Below are positions 44,217-52,706 of a stretch of DNA of 59,742 nt, in pieces. The DNA is from an uncultured Anaerolineaceae bacterium (GTDB lineage: Bacteria > Chloroflexota > Limnocylindria > Limnocylindrales > CSP1-4). Below the pieces are notes generated by a model. The model was not told the origin of the DNA. It did no database searches and saw only the letters and a list, made by a program, of their open reading frames with translations. Location of the stretch: positions 1-59,742 of the forward strand of contig CAYYVV010000013.1 of assembly GCA_964475245.1 (NCBI GenBank), given 5' to 3'. Within the stretch, counting starts at the first letter, position 1; each line of letters opens with the position of its first letter. Made by a program: the position numbers and the translations under genes.

Positions 44217-45707
44217 ATGGCTGCCCAAGCCCTCCCGCCCGGAGCAGTTCGCCGCCGCGCGGTGTTCGGACTTCTCGACGCCGACGGCTGGACGTGGGCC
44301 TCGATCAAGGCCACCTTCTGGTTCGTGTTCATCATCTTCGTCCTGGGCTACATCCCGGACCGAGCCATCTATTTCACGATCTCGCCGACGATCGACCTGG
44401 GCTTCAACGTGATCTCGCCCATCAACCTCTGTCCGACCGATAACAAGTCGCTGCCCTGCCCGGCTCCCGCCGGCGCAGTAATCCCGTGGGAGCAGAGCCC
44501 GGCGGAGCTGGCACTGCCGCAGGGCCGCACCGCTTCTGGCACTTTCTCGTCGGGCAGCAACATCTACCTGGTCGGCGGCGCGAGTGGCGGAACGGCCACG
44601 AACAGCGTCCTGGTCACCACCGTCGCCAGCGGCAACTTCAGCCCGTGGCAGGACGGGCCGGCACTGCCCGACGCGCGCAGCGGCGCGGTCGTGCTCAACC
44701 TTGCCGGCACGCCGTACGTCATCGGTGGCTCTGACGCGTCCGGAAATCCGACCGCGACCGTCTACAGGGGCACCATCACCAGCGGCGCCCTGACCGGCTG
44801 GACAGACGCCGGCATCAACCTGCCCATGCCGCTGACCGACGCGTCCGGTGTTTCGACCGCGAACGGCCTGTACGTGTTCGGTGGCGAGATGAGCGGCAAC
44901 GCACTATCCGCGGCCACGTACCTGACGACGCTGACCACGACCGGCACGCCCAAGCTCCAGGCCTGGCAGGAGATGACCGAGGTGCCACTGCCTGAGGCAC
45001 GCGCCGGTGCGTCGGCCGTTTCGGCCGGCGGCTCGGTCTACGTGATGGGCGGCCGCGGGCCGAGCGGCGTCACGAACTCTGTCTTCTACCTGCCGCTCGA
45101 CACGCACGGCAACCCGGCCGTCAACCTCGCCATCGGCCGGCCGTTCGGCTGGGGCGTGTCGGTCAACCAGTCGGCCTCGGCGGCACTGCCGGTCGCGGTC
45201 CAGCACGCCACGACGTTCACCAACTCGGGTGCCATCTACATGATCGGCGGCACGGACGCAAACAACGCCACGCTCGCATCGAACTACTGGGCAGTGCCCA
45301 ACGCGACGAACGGCACGATCTCCGCCTGGCAGCACCTCGACGACACGGACCTGCCTGGGCCGCGCGCCGAATCGGCGGCCGCGGTTGTCGGTGGCGAGGC
45401 GTTCCTGATCGGCGGCAGTGGCGCGCAGGGCGAGGACCTCGCCTCGACCAGCCGCGCCAATCTCGCGCCCGGCCTGCCGTTCTTCCGACTGGGCCTGTTC
45501 GGCGTGACCGTCCCGGCGCTGTCGATCAAGGGTGACATCGGCCTGCAGCTGGGTTACATCGCGGCCGGCACTGCCGGCGCCGGCGGCCTCATCTTCCTGA
45601 TCCTCATCGGCTGGGCCTTCTCGCACCGCCCGCAGACGTTCCGCTTCTTCCAGCGGATCACCCGCGGCCGTTTCCGGGCACCTCCAGAGGACGATTACAC
45701 CTACTAG
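44217..45707 (+). CDS. Six-blade kelch beta-propeller protein with N- and C-terminal TM anchors
   Basis: Six hydrophobic-GG repeats (IYLVGG, PYVIGG, LYVFGG, VYVMGG, IYMIGG, AFLIGG) with spaced Trp. Starts immediately after the upstream stop. Confidence 0.82.
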   Translation: MAAQALPPGAVRRRAVFGLLDADGWTWASIKATFWFVFIIFVLGYIPDRAIYFTISPTIDLGFNVISPINLCPTDNKSLPCPAPAGAVIPWEQSPAELALPQGRTASGTFSSGSNIYLVGGASGGTATNSVLVTTVASGNFSPWQDGPALPDARSGAVVLNLAGTPYVIGGSDASGNPTATVYRGTITSGALTGWTDAGINLPMPLTDASGVSTANGLYVFGGEMSGNALSAATYLTTLTTTGTPKLQAWQEMTEVPLPEARAGASAVSAGGSVYVMGGRGPSGVTNSVFYLPLDTHGNPAVNLAIGRPFGWGVSVNQSASAALPVAVQHATTFTNSGAIYMIGGTDANNATLASNYWAVPNATNGTISAWQHLDDTDLPGPRAESAAAVVGGEAFLIGGSGAQGEDLASTSRANLAPGLPFFRLGLFGVTVPALSIKGDIGLQLGYIAAGTAGAGGLIFLILIGWAFSHRPQTFRFFQRITRGRFRAPPEDDYTY

Positions 45708-45949
45708 CGGGGACTTCGCCGCGCGCTCGTCGACTCTCGTCGACCCTTGGCCGCTTGGATTCCGCCCGCGCCGACATATCCGGGTTAATCCGAACCTAAG
45801 GCAGCTGCCTGCGTCGCCCGCCGCGCTGGGAATCGGGGCTCCAAGCGTGGAGTCGGTCGTCTCGCCGAGCGTTATGCCTTCGCAGCGTGCCTTATGCCGG
45901 TGTGGGCGGAATTCGGCAGCCTTTGCTCAACCGCGCCGAGACGGCACTC

Positions 45950-46153
45950 TCAGTAGTAGTCGGAGCAGGACAGGAAGTAGCCGCAACTGCAGATGAGCTT
46001 GCACTTGCGCTCGATCATTCGCGCGCCGCAGTTGGCGCAGGTGAGCATCACGGTTGCGCGGTCGTAGTCGGGCGTGGGATCGACGGAGGCCTGCGCAGGA
46101 GGCGGTGGCTCGTCGTCGATGATCAGGAGTGCGGGAGCGTCGAACGGCTGCAC
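45950..46153 (-). CDS. Small Cys-rich zinc-finger microprotein (HVO_2523-like pattern)
   Basis: CANCGARMIERKCKLICSCGYFLSCSDYY. TAGCCT lies 6 nt before the GTG. Confidence 0.7.
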   Translation of the reverse strand: MQPFDAPALLIIDDEPPPPAQASVDPTPDYDRATVMLTCANCGARMIERKCKLICSCGYFLSCSDYY

Positions 46154-46181
46154 CGCCGAAGGCTAGCCGAAGCGGATTGGC

Positions 46182-46580
46182 TCAGGTGAGCTCCGAGAGC
46201 GGCTGACGGCGGTCGAAGCCCGTGTTGATCTCGTGCCACCACGCGATGTCGTCCTCGCCGAGGCGCCAGCACAGCCAGATCGGCCGGCCGTTGGCGAGCG
46301 CCGGGAAGTCGATCAGGCCGGTCGAGATGTCGCGCAGCGTGATGCCCAGGACGTCGATCTGGCCAACGGCCTGCTGCATCCGGCGCACGATCTCGCGTTC
46401 CTCGTCCTCCAGCTCGGCGAGCTGCTCGGCGTGCTCCGCGGAGCCGTTCGTCTGCCGTCCGCGGACGAGCTCGCGCTGGAGCTGGGCGACGCGGTCGCGG
46501 TCGGCGCGCAGGCGCTCCAGCAACGGTCGGACCTGGGCAATCTGGTAGTTCGCCTCGTCGATCCCGAAATAGCGCGCCAC
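46182..46580 (-). CDS. DUF2203-family protein
   Basis: RYFGIDEAN, LRDISTGLIDFP, LCWRLGE and WWHEINTGFDRRQPL. Confidence 0.85.
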   Translation of the reverse strand: MARYFGIDEANYQIAQVRPLLERLRADRDRVAQLQRELVRGRQTNGSAEHAEQLAELEDEEREIVRRMQQAVGQIDVLGITLRDISTGLIDFPALANGRPIWLCWRLGEDDIAWWHEINTGFDRRQPLSELT

Positions 46581-46680
46581 TGCCGAATTCTCGCACTCGG
46601 TGCGCGGGATCCGTTCAGCACTCGACGCCGTCGTAGCGAGTGATAGCGTGGTCTCGACTCTAGGAAAGGAACGCATCGGC

Positions 46681-47745
46681 ATGCCCGTGTTTGGTGCTTC
46701 TGGCGGACGCCTCGTGCCTCGTGCCGCGGCTCTGGTTCTCGTGCTCGCCGCGACCGTTGGATGCTCGTACCTGGGCACGAGCCCGATGGGCGCGGCCCCG
46801 ACCTTCCGCAGTCCACTCGACGCACCGTCGACGTCGACGACACCAGGACCCTCGGCATCCGGCACGCTCACAACAATCGCCCCCGACTCAAATCTGGCCC
46901 AAAAGACCCAGCAGGCACACGAGCTTCTCGATCGTTGGGACGCGCTAGTCGGCAACGCGCCCGCGGACGCGGTTATCTTCACGAGCGGTCTCGCTGACGG
47001 TGGTGGCTGGAACGGCGACAACGCAGACGATCTGAAGATGGCGTTCATGACCGGGCGTATCGAGGCGGCGATCGATCTCTCGGCTGACATCCCGCCCAAC
47101 GGCCAAATCATCTGGACTAACGGATCGAAACAGGTTGTTGACCTGATTTCGGCGAAGGACGCCCTGACAGGTCTTGTCGCGGACGTATATGAGCCTGGCT
47201 CTTGTCCGGCCTGCACGCCGCTCCAGGTTGTCGGAGCAAAGCTCGTCTCCACCAGCGCGGCCACCTCACGGGGCGACGTAAACGTTCCGGTCTGGCAGTT
47301 CGAGCTCAGCTCCGATCAAACGCCGATCGATCCCATCACCTTCGTCGCGATCAAGGATGCGATCACAGCTACCCCAATGGACCTGGGCCGCCTGACCGAC
47401 AGTGGCGGCGGGCTCGAAATGGCTTACGGTGATTCTCAGAGCTCCGCACTTACGGTCACGTTCGTTGGTTCGCCTTGGCGCCGGGATAACCCGTGTGGCG
47501 CCGACTACACAGCCGACGCTGTTGAATCGAACCTGGCGGTCGCTGTGATCATCGAAGAGCACCACTCCGCGCTGCCACTGCCGGTTCAGGTGCCACCAGT
47601 AGGTTGTCCGGCGGTTGGTTTTGTTCGAACGGCGTCCGTCGCGCTTAGCGAGCCACTTGGCCAACGAACCGTGTTGGACGTCGCGTCTGCGATGCCCGTA
47701 CCGCTTCAGAACGGCGAGCCACCGACGTACTCGCCCTGGCCGTGA
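46681..47745 (+). CDS. Hypothetical Cys-containing lipoprotein upstream of an ECF sigma factor
   Basis: Lipobox TVGC, PT linker, paired Cys (CPAC; CGAD...CPAVG) and V.LSEPLGQR.VLD. Lower GC. Start uncertain. Confidence 0.65.
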   Translation: MPVFGASGGRLVPRAAALVLVLAATVGCSYLGTSPMGAAPTFRSPLDAPSTSTTPGPSASGTLTTIAPDSNLAQKTQQAHELLDRWDALVGNAPADAVIFTSGLADGGGWNGDNADDLKMAFMTGRIEAAIDLSADIPPNGQIIWTNGSKQVVDLISAKDALTGLVADVYEPGSCPACTPLQVVGAKLVSTSAATSRGDVNVPVWQFELSSDQTPIDPITFVAIKDAITATPMDLGRLTDSGGGLEMAYGDSQSSALTVTFVGSPWRRDNPCGADYTADAVESNLAVAVIIEEHHSALPLPVQVPPVGCPAVGFVRTASVALSEPLGQRTVLDVASAMPVPLQNGEPPTYSPWP

Positions 47746-47818
47746 CGGCGGTCGCGCCAACCAAAGGCGAGCCGCCGACATCTATTAAGCGGAACCGGGT
47801 ATCGCATCGAGGGAGTTG

Positions 47819-48331
47819 ATGGATCGCGAGCTCCTGGTTCAGGCACGTGCCGGAGATCGGGAGGCATTCGAATCGATCGTGTTGGCCAAGGGTGAGCCGC
47901 TTTTTCGGACCGCGATGGCGATCCTGGGCAACGAGGCCGACGCGCGCGACGCAACCCAGGAAGCATTGGTGGCCGCCTGGAGAGGGCTGCCGTTCCTGCG
48001 CGATTTCGATCGTTTCGACGCGTGGTTGGGCCGGATATTGATCAACGAGAGTCGCATGACGCTGCGCCGTCGTCGGCGCGCCAATGAGATTCCGCTGCCC
48101 GACGCCGATTTGGAAGTCGGGGGCCCCGACTCACCGCCTCCAGCTTCTTCCGACTTTGACGCCGCGTTCAACCGAATATCGGTCGACCAGCGGGCGATGC
48201 TCGTGCTCCACCACCTGCACGGCTACGGCGTCGACGAGATAGGCGCGTGGCTTGGCATCCCGTCCGGGACAGTCAAGTGGCGGCTCTCGCGCGCGCGTCG
48301 GGCGCTCGCGGCGCAACTGGACGAAGGCTGA
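47819..48331 (+). CDS. ECF-family RNA polymerase sigma factor
   Basis: Region 2 (DARDATQEALV.AW, FDAWLGRILIN) and region 4 (R.MLVLHHLHG...DEIG.WLGIPSGTVKWRLSRARR). SD GAGGGAG. Confidence 0.92.
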   Translation: MDRELLVQARAGDREAFESIVLAKGEPLFRTAMAILGNEADARDATQEALVAAWRGLPFLRDFDRFDAWLGRILINESRMTLRRRRRANEIPLPDADLEVGGPDSPPPASSDFDAAFNRISVDQRAMLVLHHLHGYGVDEIGAWLGIPSGTVKWRLSRARRALAAQLDEG

Positions 48332-50568
48332 TGAACGACGACGAGCTGCGCGACGCGCTTGAGCGCCGGTCGGCCGGCGCGCAGTTCCGGGCCGAAGAGT
48401 TGCTGCCCGAGGTTCGTCGCGCTGTCGGTGTCCGTCCTCAGCCGGCTCGCGTCGCCCGCTGGGCGCCGCTCGCCGGCCTCGCCGCCGCCGCCGTCATCGT
48501 GGTTGCCCTCGTGATCGCCTTCCCCGGCGGCGCGCCTTCGCCGGGGTCGAAGTCTCTCGACGTCATGACCACGGACGCCTTCGCCTCTGCGCTCCAACGC
48601 GGCTCGCTCGCCAACGAGACCATTCTCGTGAACGGTGGGATCGTGCCATTTGACGCATCGATAGCTGGCGGTCCATGCATCCCGCCTAGCCCGTGTGCCC
48701 TAGGGCAGCTTGAGAATGTGCAGCCGTCCATCGCGGTCATCGCCGATCAGGTCGCGGTCGCGCCGTCTGGCAGCTCGTCAGCGACTCAGGACGTCGGCTG
48801 GCCTTCGTGGGCGAATCTGAGCCTGCCGATCCGCGGAACCTTGGTGTTGTCGGTCGACCGCGCGGGCGGCGTGAAGTACCTCGGTCGTGTCGTGCCGAAT
48901 GGCGATCAACTCACTTGGTCGGTCGGTCAGGTCAAAACCGAACTCGATGTGACTGCTCAGGACCTCGGCGACGTCGTCCTGGTAAATGGCTGGCTAACAG
49001 GCGTCGATTTCCCAGCGCCCTGCCAAACCTTCCCTCCGCAGTTCCCTGGCCTGCCCGATCGAAGTGAGTGCGGAGTTGACTCGTGGATCGCCGATGAACC
49101 CGCGGTGTTGACCGCGCAGTCTGAACAGCCACTGTCGGCGATCGAGGTCCAGCCGGATGCGTTCGCCGACTATGCCCCGGATCCGACTGCTCGAAGTGGC
49201 GACAGCCTTCGTCCGCAGCGTGCCGTCTACGCAGTGGCTCGCCGTCTATACGGACAGTTCTGCGTAACTGAGTCACCTTGTTGGGACTGGTCGGTAGTCG
49301 GTCGCCTGTCGCAGGCTGGGCCGAATGTCGCGCCGCCCTCCGTGGACGCCGAACAGACACCGGCGGTCGAGGCGACGGCTAGCGCCGTTCCGCTTCAGAG
49401 CGGGAATGAACTGTCCTGCGGCAACGACATGACGGTGCTGGATATGACCGGTCTGGTCGCGTCGTGCAGCTCCAACGTCGCCCTGGTCCCGAGTCAACCG
49501 GCGGGTTTGATCGCAACGCCGACGGTGATCACCGCAATGTGGACCGGCGCGATGTGCCAACCCATCACGCAGGCGGCGTTCAACGAAACCGGTTCTGGAT
49601 ACGAGCTCGCGATTTCACCGTCAAGTCCACCGTATCCGAGCGGCGCACCGTTGTGCGCCGGTGGTCCGCTCGCGATGACCCTGACCCTGACTCTTCGCAC
49701 TCCGGTCTCCGCGGCGATTACCGCAACGTTCGGCGGGCAGGACTTGCCGTACCTGGCGTCACCATCACCTTCGCCGTCCACGGCAGCGGGCGCCTTAGAG
49801 CAGACATGCGGCCCGACGATGGTCTTGGCAGACTCGACGGGCCAGGTCGTGAACTGCATCGATGGTGGCGGCGGTGACTATCATTCCGCACAATTCGGCG
49901 TGGCACTCGACACAGATCCGCATTTGGTGCACCTCACGTGGCTCGCGAATTGTGAAAGGTCGGAGCACATTTCCGTGGCCAACTCGGCGGCTTCGGGCGG
50001 AGTCCCGCGTTACCAGATCACGATTGTGCCCAGATCCTTCGACGCGTCCTGCTTTTTCAGCCCAGCCGCGCGGCACGCAGTTATCGCCTTCGCCAAGCCG
50101 GTCGACCCGACCGCCGTTTCTTTGGACGTCGAATCCGCCGTGGTCGATTGCAATCGAGTAGGCGACTTCGGAAAGCACATCGATGAAGTCTCGATCCGAG
50201 ACGGGACGGGCTTGATTACAGCATGTACACAGAGCCCCCCTTCTGAAACAGATACTCACTCTGACTCGGCCCAAGACGTACAACCAAACCAAATTCGTGT
50301 GGACTGGACGGATGACGAAGGGCCATACCTCACCTTGACGTTCGATCAAACAGACCAGAGCTATGAGCTCGCAAGCCCTGATTTCTGCAGCTCTTGTCCA
50401 AACATCCGCTTCGAGATAGTCATCACTTTCGCGAGCCACGTGGACGCTTCATCGCTCTGGATCGGGCTCGAGGGTCGCACGCTTGTCCCTGGACTTACTC
50501 CCGTCGCGACTGACTCGCCGATGCCAGACTTCACGTTCGGGACATTGCCGCCGCTCCAAGGCCCCTAG
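48331..50568 (+). CDS. Putative anti-sigma factor: short cytoplasmic N-terminus, one TM segment, large Cys-rich extracellular region with three repeats
   Basis: ATG overlaps the sigma TGA. MNDDELRDALERR N-terminus, TM segment (LAGLAAAAVIVVALVIAF) and repeats DMTGLVASC / DSTGQVVNC / DGTGLITAC. Confidence 0.75.
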   Translation: MNDDELRDALERRSAGAQFRAEELLPEVRRAVGVRPQPARVARWAPLAGLAAAAVIVVALVIAFPGGAPSPGSKSLDVMTTDAFASALQRGSLANETILVNGGIVPFDASIAGGPCIPPSPCALGQLENVQPSIAVIADQVAVAPSGSSSATQDVGWPSWANLSLPIRGTLVLSVDRAGGVKYLGRVVPNGDQLTWSVGQVKTELDVTAQDLGDVVLVNGWLTGVDFPAPCQTFPPQFPGLPDRSECGVDSWIADEPAVLTAQSEQPLSAIEVQPDAFADYAPDPTARSGDSLRPQRAVYAVARRLYGQFCVTESPCWDWSVVGRLSQAGPNVAPPSVDAEQTPAVEATASAVPLQSGNELSCGNDMTVLDMTGLVASCSSNVALVPSQPAGLIATPTVITAMWTGAMCQPITQAAFNETGSGYELAISPSSPPYPSGAPLCAGGPLAMTLTLTLRTPVSAAITATFGGQDLPYLASPSPSPSTAAGALEQTCGPTMVLADSTGQVVNCIDGGGGDYHSAQFGVALDTDPHLVHLTWLANCERSEHISVANSAASGGVPRYQITIVPRSFDASCFFSPAARHAVIAFAKPVDPTAVSLDVESAVVDCNRVGDFGKHIDEVSIRDGTGLITACTQSPPSETDTHSDSAQDVQPNQIRVDWTDDEGPYLTLTFDQTDQSYELASPDFCSSCPNIRFEIVITFASHVDASSLWIGLEGRTLVPGLTPVATDSPMPDFTFGTLPPLQGP

Positions 50569-50644
50569 CCCGATCGACGCTCCGACATCGCGCGCCTCCG
50601 GGGCCGACCGGGAAGCCAGAACAAGCGCTGGTACGATGCCGGGC

Positions 50645-51826
50645 ATGAAGCTTGCACAGCGCATGGTCGGTATCGGAACGGAGACGGCCTTCGAGGCGGC
50701 AGCCCGGGGCCGGGCGCTTGAGGCGACAGGCGTGCACGTCGTGCATCTCGAGCTCGGCGAGCCCGACTTCGACACGCCCCAGAACATCCGCGACGCGGCG
50801 AAGCGTGCCCTCGACGAAGGCTGGACGCACTACGGACCGCCGCTCGGCCAGCCCAAGCTGCGCGAGGCAATTGCGGCCGAGTCGAAGCGCTTCCGCGGCA
50901 TCGACGTCGACCCGGACAACGTCGTGGTCACGCCCGGCGCCAAGCCGATCATGTACTACGCGATCCTTGCCCTGATCGAGCCGGGCGACGAGGTCATTTA
51001 CCCCGACCCGGGCTTCCCGATCTACGAGTCGATGACGCGCTTTGCCGGCGGCACGCCCATGCCCTACGCGCTGCGCGAGGAGAATGACTTCCGCTTCGAC
51101 GCCGACGAGCTGCGCGCGCTCGTGACGCCACGGACAAAGTTGATCATCTTCAACTCGCCACACAATCCGACCGGCGGCGTCCTCACGAGAGAGGACATAA
51201 CCGCGATAGCTGACATCGCGCGCGAGCGCGACATCACCGTCATGGCCGACGAGATCTACGGCCGCGGCATCTTCGAGGGCGAGCACGTCTCGATCGCAAC
51301 CCTGCCCGGGATGATGGAGCGCACGATCATCCTCGACGGCTTCAGCAAGGCCTGGGCGATGACCGGCTGGCGACTTGGGTTCGCGATCCTGCCACCCGCC
51401 CTGGTCGACCCGTTCAGCAAGCTGATCATCAACAGCGTCTCGTGCACGAGCAGCTTCGAGCAGATGGCCGCGGTCGAGGCGCTCAACGGCCCTCAGGATG
51501 AAGTCAAGCGAATGGTCGAGGAGTTCCGCGCTCGCCGCCAGCTGGTCGTCGACGGCCTGAACGCGATCCCCGGCCTGCGTTGTCGGATGCCACACGGCGC
51601 GTTCTATGTCTTCCCGAACGTGAGCGGCACGGGCATGAACGGCACGCAGATGGCCGACAAGCTGCTCTACGACGGCGGCGTGTGCACGCTTTCAGGCACG
51701 GCCTTCGGACAGGTTGGCAAGGATCACATCCGCATCAGCTACGCGAATTCGCAGGCCAACCTGAAGCTTGCCCTGGAGCGGATCCAAGAGGTCGTCAGCA
51801 AGACGCCTGCGGGCGCGCCCGCCTGA
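50645..51826 (+). CDS. PLP-dependent class I/II aminotransferase (aspartate aminotransferase-like)
   Basis: GEPDF.TP, VTPGAK, NSPHNPTG, ADEIY, GFSKAWAMTGWRLG and RISYA. TACGAT lies 7 nt before the ATG. Confidence 0.93.
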   Translation: MKLAQRMVGIGTETAFEAAARGRALEATGVHVVHLELGEPDFDTPQNIRDAAKRALDEGWTHYGPPLGQPKLREAIAAESKRFRGIDVDPDNVVVTPGAKPIMYYAILALIEPGDEVIYPDPGFPIYESMTRFAGGTPMPYALREENDFRFDADELRALVTPRTKLIIFNSPHNPTGGVLTREDITAIADIARERDITVMADEIYGRGIFEGEHVSIATLPGMMERTIILDGFSKAWAMTGWRLGFAILPPALVDPFSKLIINSVSCTSSFEQMAAVEALNGPQDEVKRMVEEFRARRQLVVDGLNAIPGLRCRMPHGAFYVFPNVSGTGMNGTQMADKLLYDGGVCTLSGTAFGQVGKDHIRISYANSQANLKLALERIQEVVSKTPAGAPA

Positions 51827-51868
51827 CCTCCAGCTCCGACTAACAGCACGGGCACCGACTAACCGCGG

Positions 51869-52693
51869 GTGCCGCTCCAAACCCTGCTCCTGGTTCTCTG
51901 CGCCGCGGTAGTCCATGCGCTGTGGAACCTGATCGTCGTCCAGTCCCACGACCGGACGGCGACCACGACGATCGTCATCCTCTTCGGCGCGCTCGTCTTC
52001 GCGCCGCTCGCGATCGTCTTCTGGAACGTCCAGGCTCAGGCGTGGCCGTACATCGTGCTTTCGTCGGCGCTGGAGCTGGTCTATTTCGTGCTGCTCGTTG
52101 CCGCGTATGAGCGGGCCGATCTCAGCCTCGTCTATCCGATCGCGCGTGGATCGGCGCCCGTGCTCGTGCTCGTCCTGTCGGTCGTGCTCGTCGGTGCTCC
52201 AACGTCGGCTGCGCAGATCGCGGGCGTCGCGCTCGTCGGAGTCGGTGTCTTCGTCGTCCGCGGCATCCGCGGCGGGGCGCACTGGAAGCACGTGGCGCTG
52301 GCGCTGGCCGTGGCGCTGGCGATCGCGAGCTACGTCGTCGTCGACAAGGAGGGCGTCAAGTACGCCGACCCGGTCACCTACGGCGTGCTCATCCTGGGCA
52401 TTCCCGGCATCGTCGCCACTGGCTTCGTCCTTGGCCGTGGCGGGCCACGCCGCCTCGCCGCGGCCTTCAACTGGCGCAGCGCGCTCGGCGGCGTCTTCTC
52501 GATGCTCGCCTACACGCTCGTGCTCATCGCACTGACGACGGCCGCGGCCGCGAGCGTGTCGGCCGTGCGCGAGTCGAGCGTCGTGATCGCCGCCATCCTG
52601 GGTGCAGTCGTGCTCAAGGAGAAGTCGGGGCCAGGGCGCGTGGTCGGCTCCGTGATCGTGCTCGTCGGCGTCGCCCTCGTAGTCTTGGGCTGA
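51869..52693 (+). CDS. EamA/DMT-family transporter
   Basis: About 10 TM segments, HALWN, DLSLVYPIARG and VSAVRESSVV. Confidence 0.88.
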   Translation: MPLQTLLLVLCAAVVHALWNLIVVQSHDRTATTTIVILFGALVFAPLAIVFWNVQAQAWPYIVLSSALELVYFVLLVAAYERADLSLVYPIARGSAPVLVLVLSVVLVGAPTSAAQIAGVALVGVGVFVVRGIRGGAHWKHVALALAVALAIASYVVVDKEGVKYADPVTYGVLILGIPGIVATGFVLGRGGPRRLAAAFNWRSALGGVFSMLAYTLVLIALTTAAAASVSAVRESSVVIAAILGAVVLKEKSGPGRVVGSVIVLVGVALVVLG

Positions 52694-52706
52694 AGGAGGG
52701 CAAAAG

